64,000 nucleotides of DNA from Yuukianura sp. NJ FZ-2021 (Eukaryota), in assembly GCA_046563655.1 (NCBI GenBank), contig CM102286.1:14694001-14758000 (forward strand). Reading direction: 5' to 3'. Every line of letters begins with the position of its first letter. Position 1 is the stretch's first letter. A model generated the notes under the pieces. It worked only from the letters and a program-made list of their open reading frames with translations, ran no database searches and was not told where the DNA came from. The translations under genes and the position numbers were made by a program. Of the stretch, positions 1 through 11,989 are shown one piece after another.

Positions 1-1121
1 CAAAATCCGAGGAACTTTGCATCAGAATTTGGAAATTTTGTTTCCCATTCCCAGGGATTCTGCATGTGCTGATTGACAGGTGAGAGTGTGGACTGCGTCT
101 GCGCATAATTGGATTCCTTCAAGATGAGTTTTGTTTGTGGTCGTAAATCTCCTTGATGTTCATGTCGTAAATCACTTTCTTTCCCTCCAGCATCTTCAAA
201 CGGAGTTTTTCAGCCCTCGATTTTCAAAATTCCTTCCAAAGCAACCACCTCCGCATTCCTTTGAGATTCAAATTCTGGCGCTCTTTTTTTTGGAATCAAA
301 AGAACCTTGTTCCGATGGACTTTTGTTTTCTTTTGTGAATTTGATGGATGACGAAGGTGAAATGGAGATGAAAAACTTTTGAATTCAAACTGCTCGCGCG
401 AAAGTCCATTTGAAAATTCACTTCGCAGTGACCAAGCAGAAATTTTTGGATTCTGCCGCGTGTGTCTTGAGGTTTTTACGACGAAGGCTGCAGGGCTCCA
501 TTGTTCAAACTTTTTTTGAAATTTTCTGGGAAAAGAGATTCCGTTTCCAAAATGTTTCCTTTTTATGGTGATTTTTTGTGAGTTTTTGAATTGTTTGTTG
601 CCTGTGTAAAAGGGGGGCCCTTGGAGCCTTTTCGTCTGCTCAAGCATCTGGATCACTTTAATTCAGAGTTGTTTGCAGGGGCCCTTGAAGGACCTTAGTT
701 CGGGTGCTCCTGAGTTGCGTTGAGGCTGTCGTGGTTGGGCATAATGCTATTCATTGAGCTTCATCGTGAGTCCAAGTGACCCTGGATCGTTTGTAAGTCC
801 CCCCTCGAGCCCTTCGTTTCTACACGCAAGGGGCCCTTATCTTCTGATTCAGCAGAGTTTTTCCTTGGGCACTTTGAGATGAAGATTCAACTGATAAATC
901 CTGCAGTGGCGGACTCTGAATGGAGGCACTTGAACTGAACATTTTGAACAGAATTTGAAACTGGCCGCCACTGAAACAGCGATGGAGGGACACACAACGC
1001 ATTGAAATGCAGGAAGAGTCGTCTCCCCTGCAGAGACATCCAGACTCCCACAAAACTACTCCCATTTCATCTCGAAATGGACAATTCAACTTATATTTCA
1101 AAATTTCATTTTTATTTTTAC

Positions 1122-3593
1122 CTGTTTTGAAAAAACTGCAATGTCTTCGTTGAATGATTCGGACGAACAGACGTCGCCTCCAGCCACTCCGGGGTCACGT
1201 GGGGTGCATGTCGCCAATTCACACTTTTCAAAAATGAGAGCAAGGAGGGGGAACAGGGGGTGACTGAAAATGAAAAACCGAAAAAATATGAATTTTGAAT
1301 ACTTTATAAAATTTCAAAATCTTGATTTTGAAAGCTAAACTGACCCGTAGATTGCGTCTTTGTCTCTCTTGTGGACATCGGGCACTGCCCCTAGGACGTG
1401 GTTGCCAAGGTTGCCACCGTGGTTGCCATGGAACTGGTGCATGTTGTGGTTCATGTGGGGCGAGGGGTGGGGCAGAGGGGGGAGTGACCTGTGCCCCCCA
1501 TGGGGGTCATACATCCCATCCATGTTCGGATACACTGCCAAACCATCGTCATACTGAAAAGTTAAAAGTCGGAATTAGTTTTAATCCCTCCAAAATGGAT
1601 TTCAAAAGAGCGGGAATTTGAAAATGGGTGAATTTGAGCGTGTGGCTGGAGATTCCATTTTGTCTTTTTAAGCCACACGACTCTAATCCTGTCCCGAGTG
1701 ACAATTCAACTTAAGTGCCAACTTCCTAATTACGGAGGTTTAGTGTCATGGCGGGAATTTCCAAATTTGAAATGTTCATTTCAAATTACGCCACCATGTG
1801 TCAGAGGGGAGATTTTTTCAACATGAAAATTTTAGTTGGAAGAGCAGTTGGTTGATTTTTGGTGAAATTCGAAACCAACCCAAAATCCCACAAAATGCAG
1901 TTGGTTTCTTTCGTGGAAAAAGAGGAAACGCACACTTGAATTTCAACACTTGAAACTTTTTTTAAATTTTGAATTGAAACATTTTTCAAGTGTTTTTCAA
2001 AAAATCGTTTGACAGGAACAAGTTCAAAGTGGCAATTACGCAGATTTTGTGCAAATAATTTGCGAGTTCCAAAATAGTTTTGTGTTTTGCGTGCTGAGCT
2101 TTTGAATCTTCCCACAAAACAAAATTTAAAAAAGCAGAAAAATGGAGTTTAATTGCACTGCACTTTTCTTTTGTTTCTCACGAACTTTTTGTGTTCATTT
2201 GAGTCTGATTATCGGTTTCTTCCGAGGTGCGCTTAACACAATTTCTGTTTGGGAGACACGCATCGGTCGGCAGTTGGTTTGTGTACAAATTAAATGCAAA
2301 CCTTTGCGTGTGCTCCGTCGATAACTCCACGAAAAACTTGTTCGACGCACTCACTCGCACTTTTCATCGCGCTTTCGGAGCGCAATTTATGAAGTGGCGA
2401 ATCTGTTTGCCAACCACCGACAGCTTAGCACTCCACAGAGCAAACAATATCTTTTTGTGTCCAGTGACACTTCTGGACACAATCAAACAGAGATTAAACT
2501 TGGATTTTGTTCTGAATGGAGCTCATATCAACTTTCACAAACTAAGGATTTGTGCTGATGTGCCAAAATCCAGAATTTGCAATTTCAAAAGTTGTTATTT
2601 AGATCTGGACTGGCAGAGAGCCACCATTCGACTGTCGACTGAAACTGAAAGGCGAAGGGACCTTGGCCAAGGGCCCCCTCAGGACCACCCTCATAAATCA
2701 AAGTCAAATTCCGGAAATCCGAACAAAATGAAATTCGAAATGAGGGGAATCGGATGATTTTGTTCATTTCGGGAAATGATTTTCTTGTTTTCTATTTTTC
2801 TGAAAAAAAAAGTTCCGACTGTGAGGATAATTTGGGATTTTGCTTTTGAAAGGAGCCCTTGAAGGGCCTCAGTGAACCCCGAAGGGACCCCGGGACTTTG
2901 ATGGATTTTTTAAGTGACCAGACAGCTTTTGACTCTTTGAGTTTTGAAATTGAAATCCACCGCCAATCAGTCACTGTCCACAAAAAGTGCTCTGATTGGT
3001 CGAATGATCTTTTTGTTGACGACGGTGTTTTACCTCCTGGGAAATTGTTGTTTTAGTCCATTGTTGTGGAGGGGGGCCCTTAAGGGGTCTAATGTCTCTG
3101 TCTAGTCACCCCATGCAGAGATCCTGTCTCTCTTTTACTTTTTGGATTATTGGCGTCAAAGTTAAAAAGTGAAATGTAATTTCTATTTTTGTCCAAACTG
3201 CCAAGTAAGTTTGAATCTCTGCGTCTTTGAGTCTGTTTTTGATAAAAATGTGACCTCTTCGTCTGGTTTCTGTGAGAGGTCAAGTTGTGTTTGACGTAAA
3301 TGGAGCAGCGTGTGTCGCAATGAATTATGGAGATGAGGCTACCAACACCACATAAATTATTCCGCCTGTTTCAGTTGTCCAAGTTGACCTCCGAGGTCAC
3401 TCGAATCTCGAATGACCTCGTCAGAGGAAGAGTGGCGTAATTTATGACATTTCTGTTTCAAATTCATTCAAATGGAAAACTACAAATCATTTGAATTGTT
3501 CACACTTTTGAATTTCCCCGCTCTTTTTTGCTCAGAAGTGAAATGGGGGTTGAAATTTTGATTTTTTTTTAAACTCACCCTTGGTTGTGACAT
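1122..3593 (-). CDS. hth: homothorax/Meis TALE homeobox protein, 5' part; exons 3579-3593, 1345-1553, 1122-1263; gene continues off the left end
   Basis: Spliced translation MSQPR|YDDGL...[59 protein letters not shown] matches the Meis/Hth N-terminal (HM) domain; GT-AG sites are phase-consistent. Confidence 0.96.
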
Positions 3594-6500
3594 GATCCGA
3601 AATTAATTTTCCAGTTGACCTTTGACCCACTTTCACTCCACTCACAAACTGTCTAAAACTGGACTAGCAAAAGTGTAAAGTGCAAATTTGGCACACACAA
3701 CACAGTGAAGGGGGTACTTGACCTGGGTCACTCAGTGTCCAGTGGTGACCAAAGTCTAAAGTCTTTTTAGCGTGAGTTGCGATGAGTTGCGCTGACGTTC
3801 TGGCACTGACTGAAAGGCCGTCAATCAAGCAACTCTTGTCCGCCGACTGTTCAGCGGGAGGCGGAGCCACCCACCGTGGCTCCTCCCCCTCAACTCGTTT
3901 GCCCCCTTCACCCCGCCCCCTTGCCTCCTTGACTCCGCCCTCTTTTCCACACAAGTACTGACGCTGCCTCTTCTGAAGCTGCAGAATGGCAAATGTCCAT
4001 TAATTCCAATTACAGACTTTTCTCCTGTCAAAACTGAATTGAAAAAGACAGCAAAGGAAACACGGCTTCGCTTTTCAAAATTCAAAGAACTCTGTCACAC
4101 ACAAACCACAAAATTATGAGCAACTTTTGCAAAACTCAAGTTGCCCCAACTTTGAAAAAATTTACTCCTGCAATTCAACTTCAAGCTTTCTCAAAGTTCC
4201 TCGCTGTTCATACTTTTTTTCAAACTTTTTTTTCGTGTCTTCATATGACTTGCAGTTTCGAGAGAACTTTTTGTAGTTTTTTCACTTTTTCTATAAAAGT
4301 TTTGTTGTTTTTCGAGTGGAATGAAAATGACGATTTGATTGATGTCAAAGGGAGCCGTTTTTTTCTTGACTTGGATGACATTGTGATGCAGTGGCTGTTT
4401 GTGCCATTGGGATGCAGTGGCTGTGTGTGACATTTGTAATTGATGATGTTGAAGTATTTCATAAAGTTGTGTTTAATGTTGACCTTTGACCTTGAATTGC
4501 TTCTGAAGTGGGTCGATGTGAAACAGACTCCGAGTGGAGGGTGGATCTGTCAACTGCAACTGACATTCTCCGCTTCTTCTCAAAATCACTTCACTTTCCC
4601 CCAATTCCAACCAGACTTCGATCCACCACACTCTAAATCCCAAAATAAAAGAAACCTTCGCATGGTGGCTGCAGTGGTGGCATCGATTGTTGGCTACCGT
4701 GGTGGCATCGATTGGTGGCTACCGTGGCGGGAGTGGAATTATTTTGGATTGGGGTATTAAACTCCACTTGACAATTTCTGCAAAAGATGCTTTCCACGGA
4801 GGAGGAAAATTTTCAAAAGTGAAAGCTCTTTCTCCCTTCCTCTTCCGAAAACTCACACAAAAACATTAATTTGACCTGACCTTTTCTAAAACATCGAATG
4901 CCAATTTCTCTTTTACTTAAAAGTTCCACTTTTTTTCGTTTTTGGCAAAACTTATGAACACAATTAGCCAAAATTTTCATTTTTTTTTGGCAAACATTTG
5001 CAATTCCTTGACAGAGTCATCAACCTTACAAATTGGCAATTCCTTAGTAAAACTTGTTTGACTTGTTGTTGATAAGTTTGAATTGGAGTTTGCGCGCCCA
5101 AGGCGCGTCTTGACGGAGAGACAAATGGGATGACTCCATTTTGTCACTTTTACGATCACAAAGATTTATTGGGCTCATTGACTTTGGTGCTCAAGATCAC
5201 AAACCTTGCTCCCTTAAACACCAAAGTTCCACGACCCTTAAGTCCCCCTCATTTCAAACTACAAGTAGCGGGAGATTTCAAATCTTGGACAAAATAAAAC
5301 TTTTTGAAAGTCCTTCTCTCATAACTTTTTCTTGGAAAAGTGACCTCGGAGGGAGTAACTATAGAATAGTCTCAGTATTAGTACTTTTGACCATTGACTT
5401 TTACGACGGACATTCAAAATGTTCAAATCTTCAAAACCTGAGTTCTGTGACACTAATTGTTCAACATTTCAGAAAAAACTGTTCAACTTTTTTTTGAAAG
5501 GTAGTCAGATGCAGAATGCAGTTTCCAATTAATGAGAGAGACATTTAAGGTGGATTTATGTTCCGGTGCAGGCTCATTTCAACTGCCACGAACCTTGTTT
5601 CGACTAATTGTCTTTTCTGTACTTTATCTTTCGACTAATTGTCTTTTCTCAACTTTATGTTTCCTCTAGTGTCAATGACAAATTGCTTAAGCTCTTAACC
5701 TAACAATAAAATCAACACTAACATTTTTACTCCAAAAACTAAACATGAAAATGTAAAACTTTAAAAACTAAAAACAAAAGACGCTTTTTCTAAAAAAAAA
5801 AAAAAACTTTTTTTCTAACTTTTTTTTGAAATGCGGTGGGAGTTGAACAAGATGATTACACATGTTGTAAATGGAGGGTTTGAAATTTAATGTAAGGGTT
5901 CCATTAAAAAGTCCTCAGACTCCGCCTCTTCCTTCATTTTCCAGGTGAGGAACATCAAAGTGCTCCTAGATGATGACTTATCATTATCACTATTACACTA
6001 ACATAACTTATTACACTAACCTAACCAATTTCATAACATAACTTATCACAAAAAATGCTACCAAAGATAAACTAACTTCCTCAACATAACTTAGAAATAG
6101 CCTAACCTCCTCAGCCTAACATAAAATAACATAACTTATAAAGTCTAAAGTTAACCAAAAATTCTTCGATGCCACGCAGATTTTCAAACAAAAGTTTCAT
6201 AAAATGCTCAAAATTTTAGAGAAAGTTATGTTTTTCATGTTTTCCTTTGGGTTAAAAAGACTATGGATAAGTTGTTATTTCAGTCAAAGTTACTTTTACT
6301 TGTACTATGACTTTGTTACAGACGAAAGTCATAGTCAAAGTACAACTTCTGTTGTTACTTCTCATCAGTTTTACTTTGACTTCAATGAAAAAATGGTTGA
6401 AGTAAACTTGACTCCTCGTTTAACTCAACCGTTGCGTTGAATTGTATTGTACCGCATGAAAATTTAACTGCACTTTTTTTTTACTTTTTAACTTTTTCTT

Positions 6501-6766
6501 ACTTTTTAGCATTAGTTAAGTTAACTTTTGTTCAACTTAGGGTGAGTTTGGATGCTTGAACGTAACTTATTTTTAGAAGTGGGCGTCGTGGGGGAGACGA
6601 CGAGTGACGGATTTTATCTGGATGGATCTTCAAATTCAACTTGTCCACTCTGATGACAATCACAGACATGATCACACTGGTTTCGTTTTTTAGTAAGAAG
6701 ATTTTTGAAACAGATTTTATTTTTGAAATTTTTCTTTTTTAACATTAGTTTTGAATTTTTGAAAGT

Positions 6767-7142
6767 TTAGTGGTTGTTGCATGGTGCGTGGCAACTGCAT
6801 TTGTTCTTGGAGCAGCGAGCAGTAAGGCACAACGGTCGCTTACTGTTGCAGTGAGCAACGCACTCGCTGTTTTGACTCTCGCAGTGGCTACTGGCTCGCT
6901 CTTTTTCAGATTGACCTTGACCTTTGACCTCTTCTGGAAAACTTTCTGGCGCCAAGTTCAAATCTTTAGGTGAATTCGGAACGTCATTGCTCGAAACTGC
7001 AGCTTCAAATGAAACTCCCACTAGGGAGATCAATACAAAAACAACCAGGAATCTATTAAGGGAAAAAAGTTTAAGTTTAACAAAAAAGGCAGAAAAAAAT
7101 GTTTATAAAGTTTTAGAACTGCTTGATTTTGTCTCACCTCAT
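6767..7142 (-). CDS. Secreted cysteine-rich peptide 1 (CS-alpha/beta defensin/toxin-like), 96-aa precursor; exons 7138-7142, 6767-7052
   Basis: A 5-nt coding exon (ATGAG|GTGAG) splices to give signal peptide MRFLVVFVLISLVGVSFEA, an acidic pro-region and an 8-Cys C-terminus with CxxxC and CxC. Confidence 0.8.
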
Positions 7143-7319
7143 CTTTGTTTTTAAAAAAAATTACTCAAAGTTTAGAAACTGAAAAAATAGAGATTTAAAC
7201 TTTTAGCAAAGAAAAATTACGAGTTTTACTCCGTTTGAATTTTGTCTACTTGAAGTGCAAAACATTTTATAGTTTTCCTAAAACCAGATTCCATTGTGAC
7301 AAAAATCTGTTACCTTCCA

Positions 7320-8600
7320 AAATAAAATTTTGAAAACTTTTCAATTTTCTTACGTTGAAGCCATTGTAAAATGTTGTTAACCTACGTGAACTCAAGAATA
7401 AAAGTTTATCTTTAAAAAGAAATTGACAGGTGAACTTATAACAAAAAAAGCGAAATATAATAAGTGAATGTACTTGAATTTAGAAGAACAATAGCCTACG
7501 GAATCCTCAGAAGAAGTTATGCTTAACTTTGAATTTGGATTCTGAGTTGACCTTTGACCTCTGCATTTTGGCTGAGGATTTAAAACAATTGATATGAAAT
7601 GAATTGAGCGCCACGTCTTAATCAGCCCAAAACCAAATTTATTGTGCTTCCCTTTGCCAATTTTCATAACATTTTGAAAATGATTTTGAAATCAACCGTA
7701 ATTTTAATGAATCCAAATAATGTGTAACTTTTATTTAAGTCCATAAAACGTATTTCCCTCGGGCTTGGATTTGGAACAGCGTCTGCACTTGCATCTTCCG
7801 GTGCTGCAGGAAGCTGCAAGGCACGGCGGACTTCGATTGCTGCAGCGGCGTTTGCACTTCCTACGCTGTGTCGTAGTTTCGCAACTACTGACCACCCTTC
7901 TTGTTGCTAGCTGACTTTCGTCAGCTTCTTCTTGACCTTTGACCTCTCCAGGAAAACTGGTTGACCCCGAACCCGAATTGGTCCGCAATGTCTGGACGTC
8001 ATTTGTCAACGCCAACGATGAGTTTATTTCCACTCCCAACACGGAAATTAACCCACAAACGACCAAAAATCTGCGACAAAAAGAATTTTTTAGTGTTAAG
8101 AAAAATCCGATTACTGCTAAACAACTATGTTGACATTGCTTCTTACCTCATTCTTACTTCTACCGTTCAAAAAACTTCAACTTTGACATCAACTCAACTT
8201 CAGTTAGTAAAAGTTCGGAAAATTGAAAACTTTCAAATAGGGAAATCCTGAGCATGGTTTGAGTTTTTATCCACTTGCAAAATTAAAGCTTCGAAAAAAA
8301 TGTTTTACCAAAAGCTAATTGTGTCAAAGTATTCAAATTTTGAAAACTTTTCATTTTTCTTACTTTGAACCCATTGTAAAATGTTAACAACCTCAATGAA
8401 CTCAAAGACTAAAGTTCATGCCAAAGGAAAAGATTGACAGGTGAACTTTTAACAAAAAAAGAAAGGAAGTTAGAATAATTCAATGTACTCAACAGCAAAG
8501 GCGGAACAATAATCTACGGAATTCTCAGAATAACTAATGCTTAAGTTTGAATTTGGATTCTGAGTTGACCTTTGACCTCTGCATCTTGGCCCAGGATTCT
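7320..8600. repeat. Duplicated upstream regions of the two peptide genes (~7320-7580 and ~8335-8600)
   Basis: Colinear shared blocks such as ccattgtaaaatgtt, ttgacaggtgaactt and gaatttggattctgagttgacctttgacctctgcat. Confidence 0.85.
7731..8151 (-). CDS. Secreted cysteine-rich peptide 2 (paralog of peptide 1), 114-aa precursor; exons 8147-8151, 7731-8070
   Basis: Same ATGAG|GT first exon, signal MRFLVVCGLISVLG..., shared SFPxEVKGQ pro-motif, highly basic 8-Cys domain. Confidence 0.8.
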
Positions 8601-10900
8601 AAAAATCCATTTGTGAGAGATTCAAAGAATTGAGAAGACTTTTGTTAAGAAGTCGGTGGATGTTGGAAAGCAGGCTCTCCATCATCGGCAGACAAAAGGC
8701 GGGAATGGACAAGAGTTCAATCTGACAGCGGGAATTCATCCCACTTTCAAATTCAAATTAATTCACAAACATCCTCATGTTCATGTGAAACACTTAGACT
8801 TATAACCAAAACACAATGTACAAGTAGCAACTTTTGAATTTCCCACAAAGCGGGAGGATGAAGGAGATGGTTGACTTTTGATCTGTGTGGAATGCGGGAG
8901 AGAAGATGAAATTCCTTGGATCCAACCACAACCAAGGACACTCCGATCCACTTCCAACCATTTTGAAATTCCCTCCAATAAAAGTTGGTTCCCGCGGGGG
9001 GACTAAATTGTGTTAGTCTTTTGATTGATTTGGGGGCGGTTGAGACTGGAACTGAGCAGGAGGAAATTCAAACCAGGAGTTCCCACCGTCGAAGTTTGAG
9101 TGGGTCGATGGAGTCCCACCGGAAGTGGAGTCTGGACGGGGGAAATTCAAATGTCGGCGGGAGGCCATGACTTTCAAATCTCCCGCGCAGTCGCAGAGGG
9201 ACGCTTTCAAAGAAGCTGATTTGTGGCGCTCAATTTCAATTTGAAATCGTGGATTCCAGCAGAGCCAATCAACACTCTTCTGTCAACTTTCAATTGACAT
9301 CATCATCTACTTTCTCCTTTCACTCACCAACTTCAAAATTTCCAAAAATTAAAATTCAATGTTTTCAAATTCAAAATTTCAGTTTTTGAGTATGTTGAGT
9401 AGTGTAGTAACTTAATGTCTAATTCCATAATTTCCAGTGATTCTTATACAAAAGTGGAAGATGGATGTTGGATTTGTGCTAGCAGGTGAGTGGTTAGGTT
9501 TCCAAGTCTTTTTCGAAAACATTTGGAGAGATGCTGGTGGCTGGGCTCGAACTCACGGATCCATAAATCTGCCAACAAACTTTTTCCAACCTGTCACCCA
9601 CACAACCAAGTCACTTTATCATTCTGAGCCCTCCGGTCGTACCTTACCGAAACCAAGAAAAAGCGGTAGAATGCAATTATTCCTTTTCAAAATGGCCGGC
9701 AATTCAAAAAAGAAAAAAAAATTCGAAACTTTTTTGTTATTGTAATTTTCTGAGATTCCAAAAGTTGTCAGCGTCGCATTCTTTCAATCCACATTTTTTG
9801 CTAAACTTTTTTTTTGAGTTTCAAAGTTAACAAATAATTAGCACTTAAGAAAAAACGTGTTTAATTAAACCGGTACTTGTAAAAAGTACTTTAGCAACTG
9901 TCATGTAGCGCATGCGGGAAAGTGACGCGGTGCAACTTATCGACATTTCCAACCTTCTTAAAACACAAATTCCAAAGTGTCAACTTTTTTAACGACTACA
10001 ACTTTGACTAATTCTCGTTTGACATGCTTAGAGCTAAACGAAAAAGGAAAACTTTGAATCTTTCGATTTTTGAATTTTAAAAACCTTCATTTTTTTTCCC
10101 GCCGGGAGGCTTTTTTAAAAAGTTAAACGTTTCGTATTGTTGTCATCTCTTGTAGAAATAATTACAGGATGTAAATCCAGGAGTGAGAGGCATGTAATTA
10201 ATGTTTCTGTGGCATGTACAGGATTTAGTTTTATGTGAAATGGAGGCGGGACTTTTAAAAAAAAAATCCTTTTTGAAAAAAAAATCCTGTTTCGTAAGGA
10301 TTAACTTCTTTAAAAGGATTTTTTAAATTTTGACAGTGAAGAATTTACTGTTCAGAAGAAGAAAAAAGTTAATGAATAGTTGCCATACTTTTATACTTTC
10401 CAACCACAAACTACTGAGATTTTGACTCCTTAATTTAAAAATTCAAAAAAGAAGGAGATTTTTTTTAAAGTTAATCATACAGCATGTACCAAAATAATTG
10501 TTAAGTTTAAGCAGTTTTGTTCTTGGTAGCATCCCACACCCTTTCATTTTTATGGATCTGCCAATCAAATCTGTGCTTCTGCCAGGGAAGCTGACAACAC
10601 CACTTTAAACAATTTTTTTTTTCAAAATTTCCCACAGCCCGCCTAAACATTCTTCTTCTAAATTTAATCTCTTCGTCACGATCTGGAAATCCACACCGAG
10701 AAACCAAAATTTGAAAAAAAACGGGGTTGATTCCAGAAAGAGCATTTTCCAAAAAACACTTGATTCCAAAAACAACACAAATTTCAAAAAACTTGATTCC
10801 AAAAAATCAGAACTTAAAAAAGTGGTTTTCATCAGATTTTTTTTAAAGAAAAGTACTGCTACTTTTGTAGTAATTGGCTTCTGAAAGCTGTCAAAGGCTA

Positions 10901-11989
10901 CCGTAGTTCGCTTATGGGACAGAGCAGACCCGTACGATTTGGCTGAAAATTTAACCACGTGTTCTCGACACCTATTGGAACAACTTTTGTACAGGGTCCA
11001 GATGGGGCATCAAACGGTTTGACCCCCAGGGGTCACCAAAGGTCACGAGGTCATCCTATGACAACCCCCCATAAGTAAGGTGTCGTTGGAAAGGTCTTGA
11101 CCTTGTGGTTCAGAAAATGTATAGGTATGAATACTTTGGTGCAGGCGTTTAGCCGTAAGGGGTCACTGAAGGTCAACCATGAAAAAAGTTGCAAAGTACC
11201 AAAAAGTGAAATCGTTTCATGACAACCGACAAAATGACTTATACAAAAGTTGTTCCACTCAAAAAAATAAGCAACTTTTCCCTCTTGCATTTGTTTCTAC
11301 TGCAAACACCTGATGAGATACCGACCCAGGCCAAAACTGCTAAAAGTAGATTTCAGATAGTACTTTCGCGACGGCAAAAGAAATTTGGACAAGAACGACA
11401 GTTCTACGCCTCTAGACTCCCCCAGAACATGGAAACGGTTGCAGAAACTAACTTTTTAAAACAATATTCTGACGTTTACGTCCAAAATGTAAGAAACGAA
11501 TCAGATTCCTTTTTACCGTCGCGAAAGTCCTATCTGAAATCTACTTTTAGCAGTTTTGCCCTGGGTCGGTATTTCCTCAGCTGTTCGCGGTAGAGAAAAA
11601 TGCAAGAGGAAAAAGTAGCTTATTTTTTTGAGTGGAACAACTTTCGTATAAGTCATTTTGTCGGTTGTCATGAAATGATTTCACTTTTTGGTACTTTGCA
11701 ACTTTTTTCATGGTTGACCTTCAGTGATCCCTTACGGCTAAACGCCTGCACCAAAGTATTCATACCTATACATTTTCTGAACCACAAGGTCAAGACCTTT
11801 CCAACGACACCTTACTCGATGGGGGTTGTCATAGGATGACCTCGTGACCTTTGGTGACCCCTGGGGGTCAAACCGTTTGATGCCCCATCTGGACCCTGTA
11901 CAAAAGTTGTTCCTGTAGGTGTCGAGAACACGTGGTTAAATTTTCAGCCAAATCGTACGGGTCTGCTCTGTCCCATAAGCGAACTACCG
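10901..11989. mobile_element. Long-TIR foldback/MITE-like element, non-coding, TA target site
   Basis: Inverted arms of ~490 bp around a ~110-bp spacer; TA|CCGTAGTTCGC...GCGAACTACCG|TA; mirror-image ORFs 11051-11290(-) and 11600-11839(+). Confidence 0.9.

Noticed and set aside
131..3283. Several 60-176 aa ORFs within hth introns
   Set aside because: No recognisable motifs and intron-like composition; no further hth exon could be identified left of 1122
4660..4730. Short ~25-bp tandem repeat (ggtggcatcgattg...ctaccgt)
   Set aside because: Only 2-3 copies; ordinary local slippage
11051..11839. Twin 79-aa ORFs and a 124-aa ORF
   Set aside because: By-products of the inverted repeat; no transposase motifs
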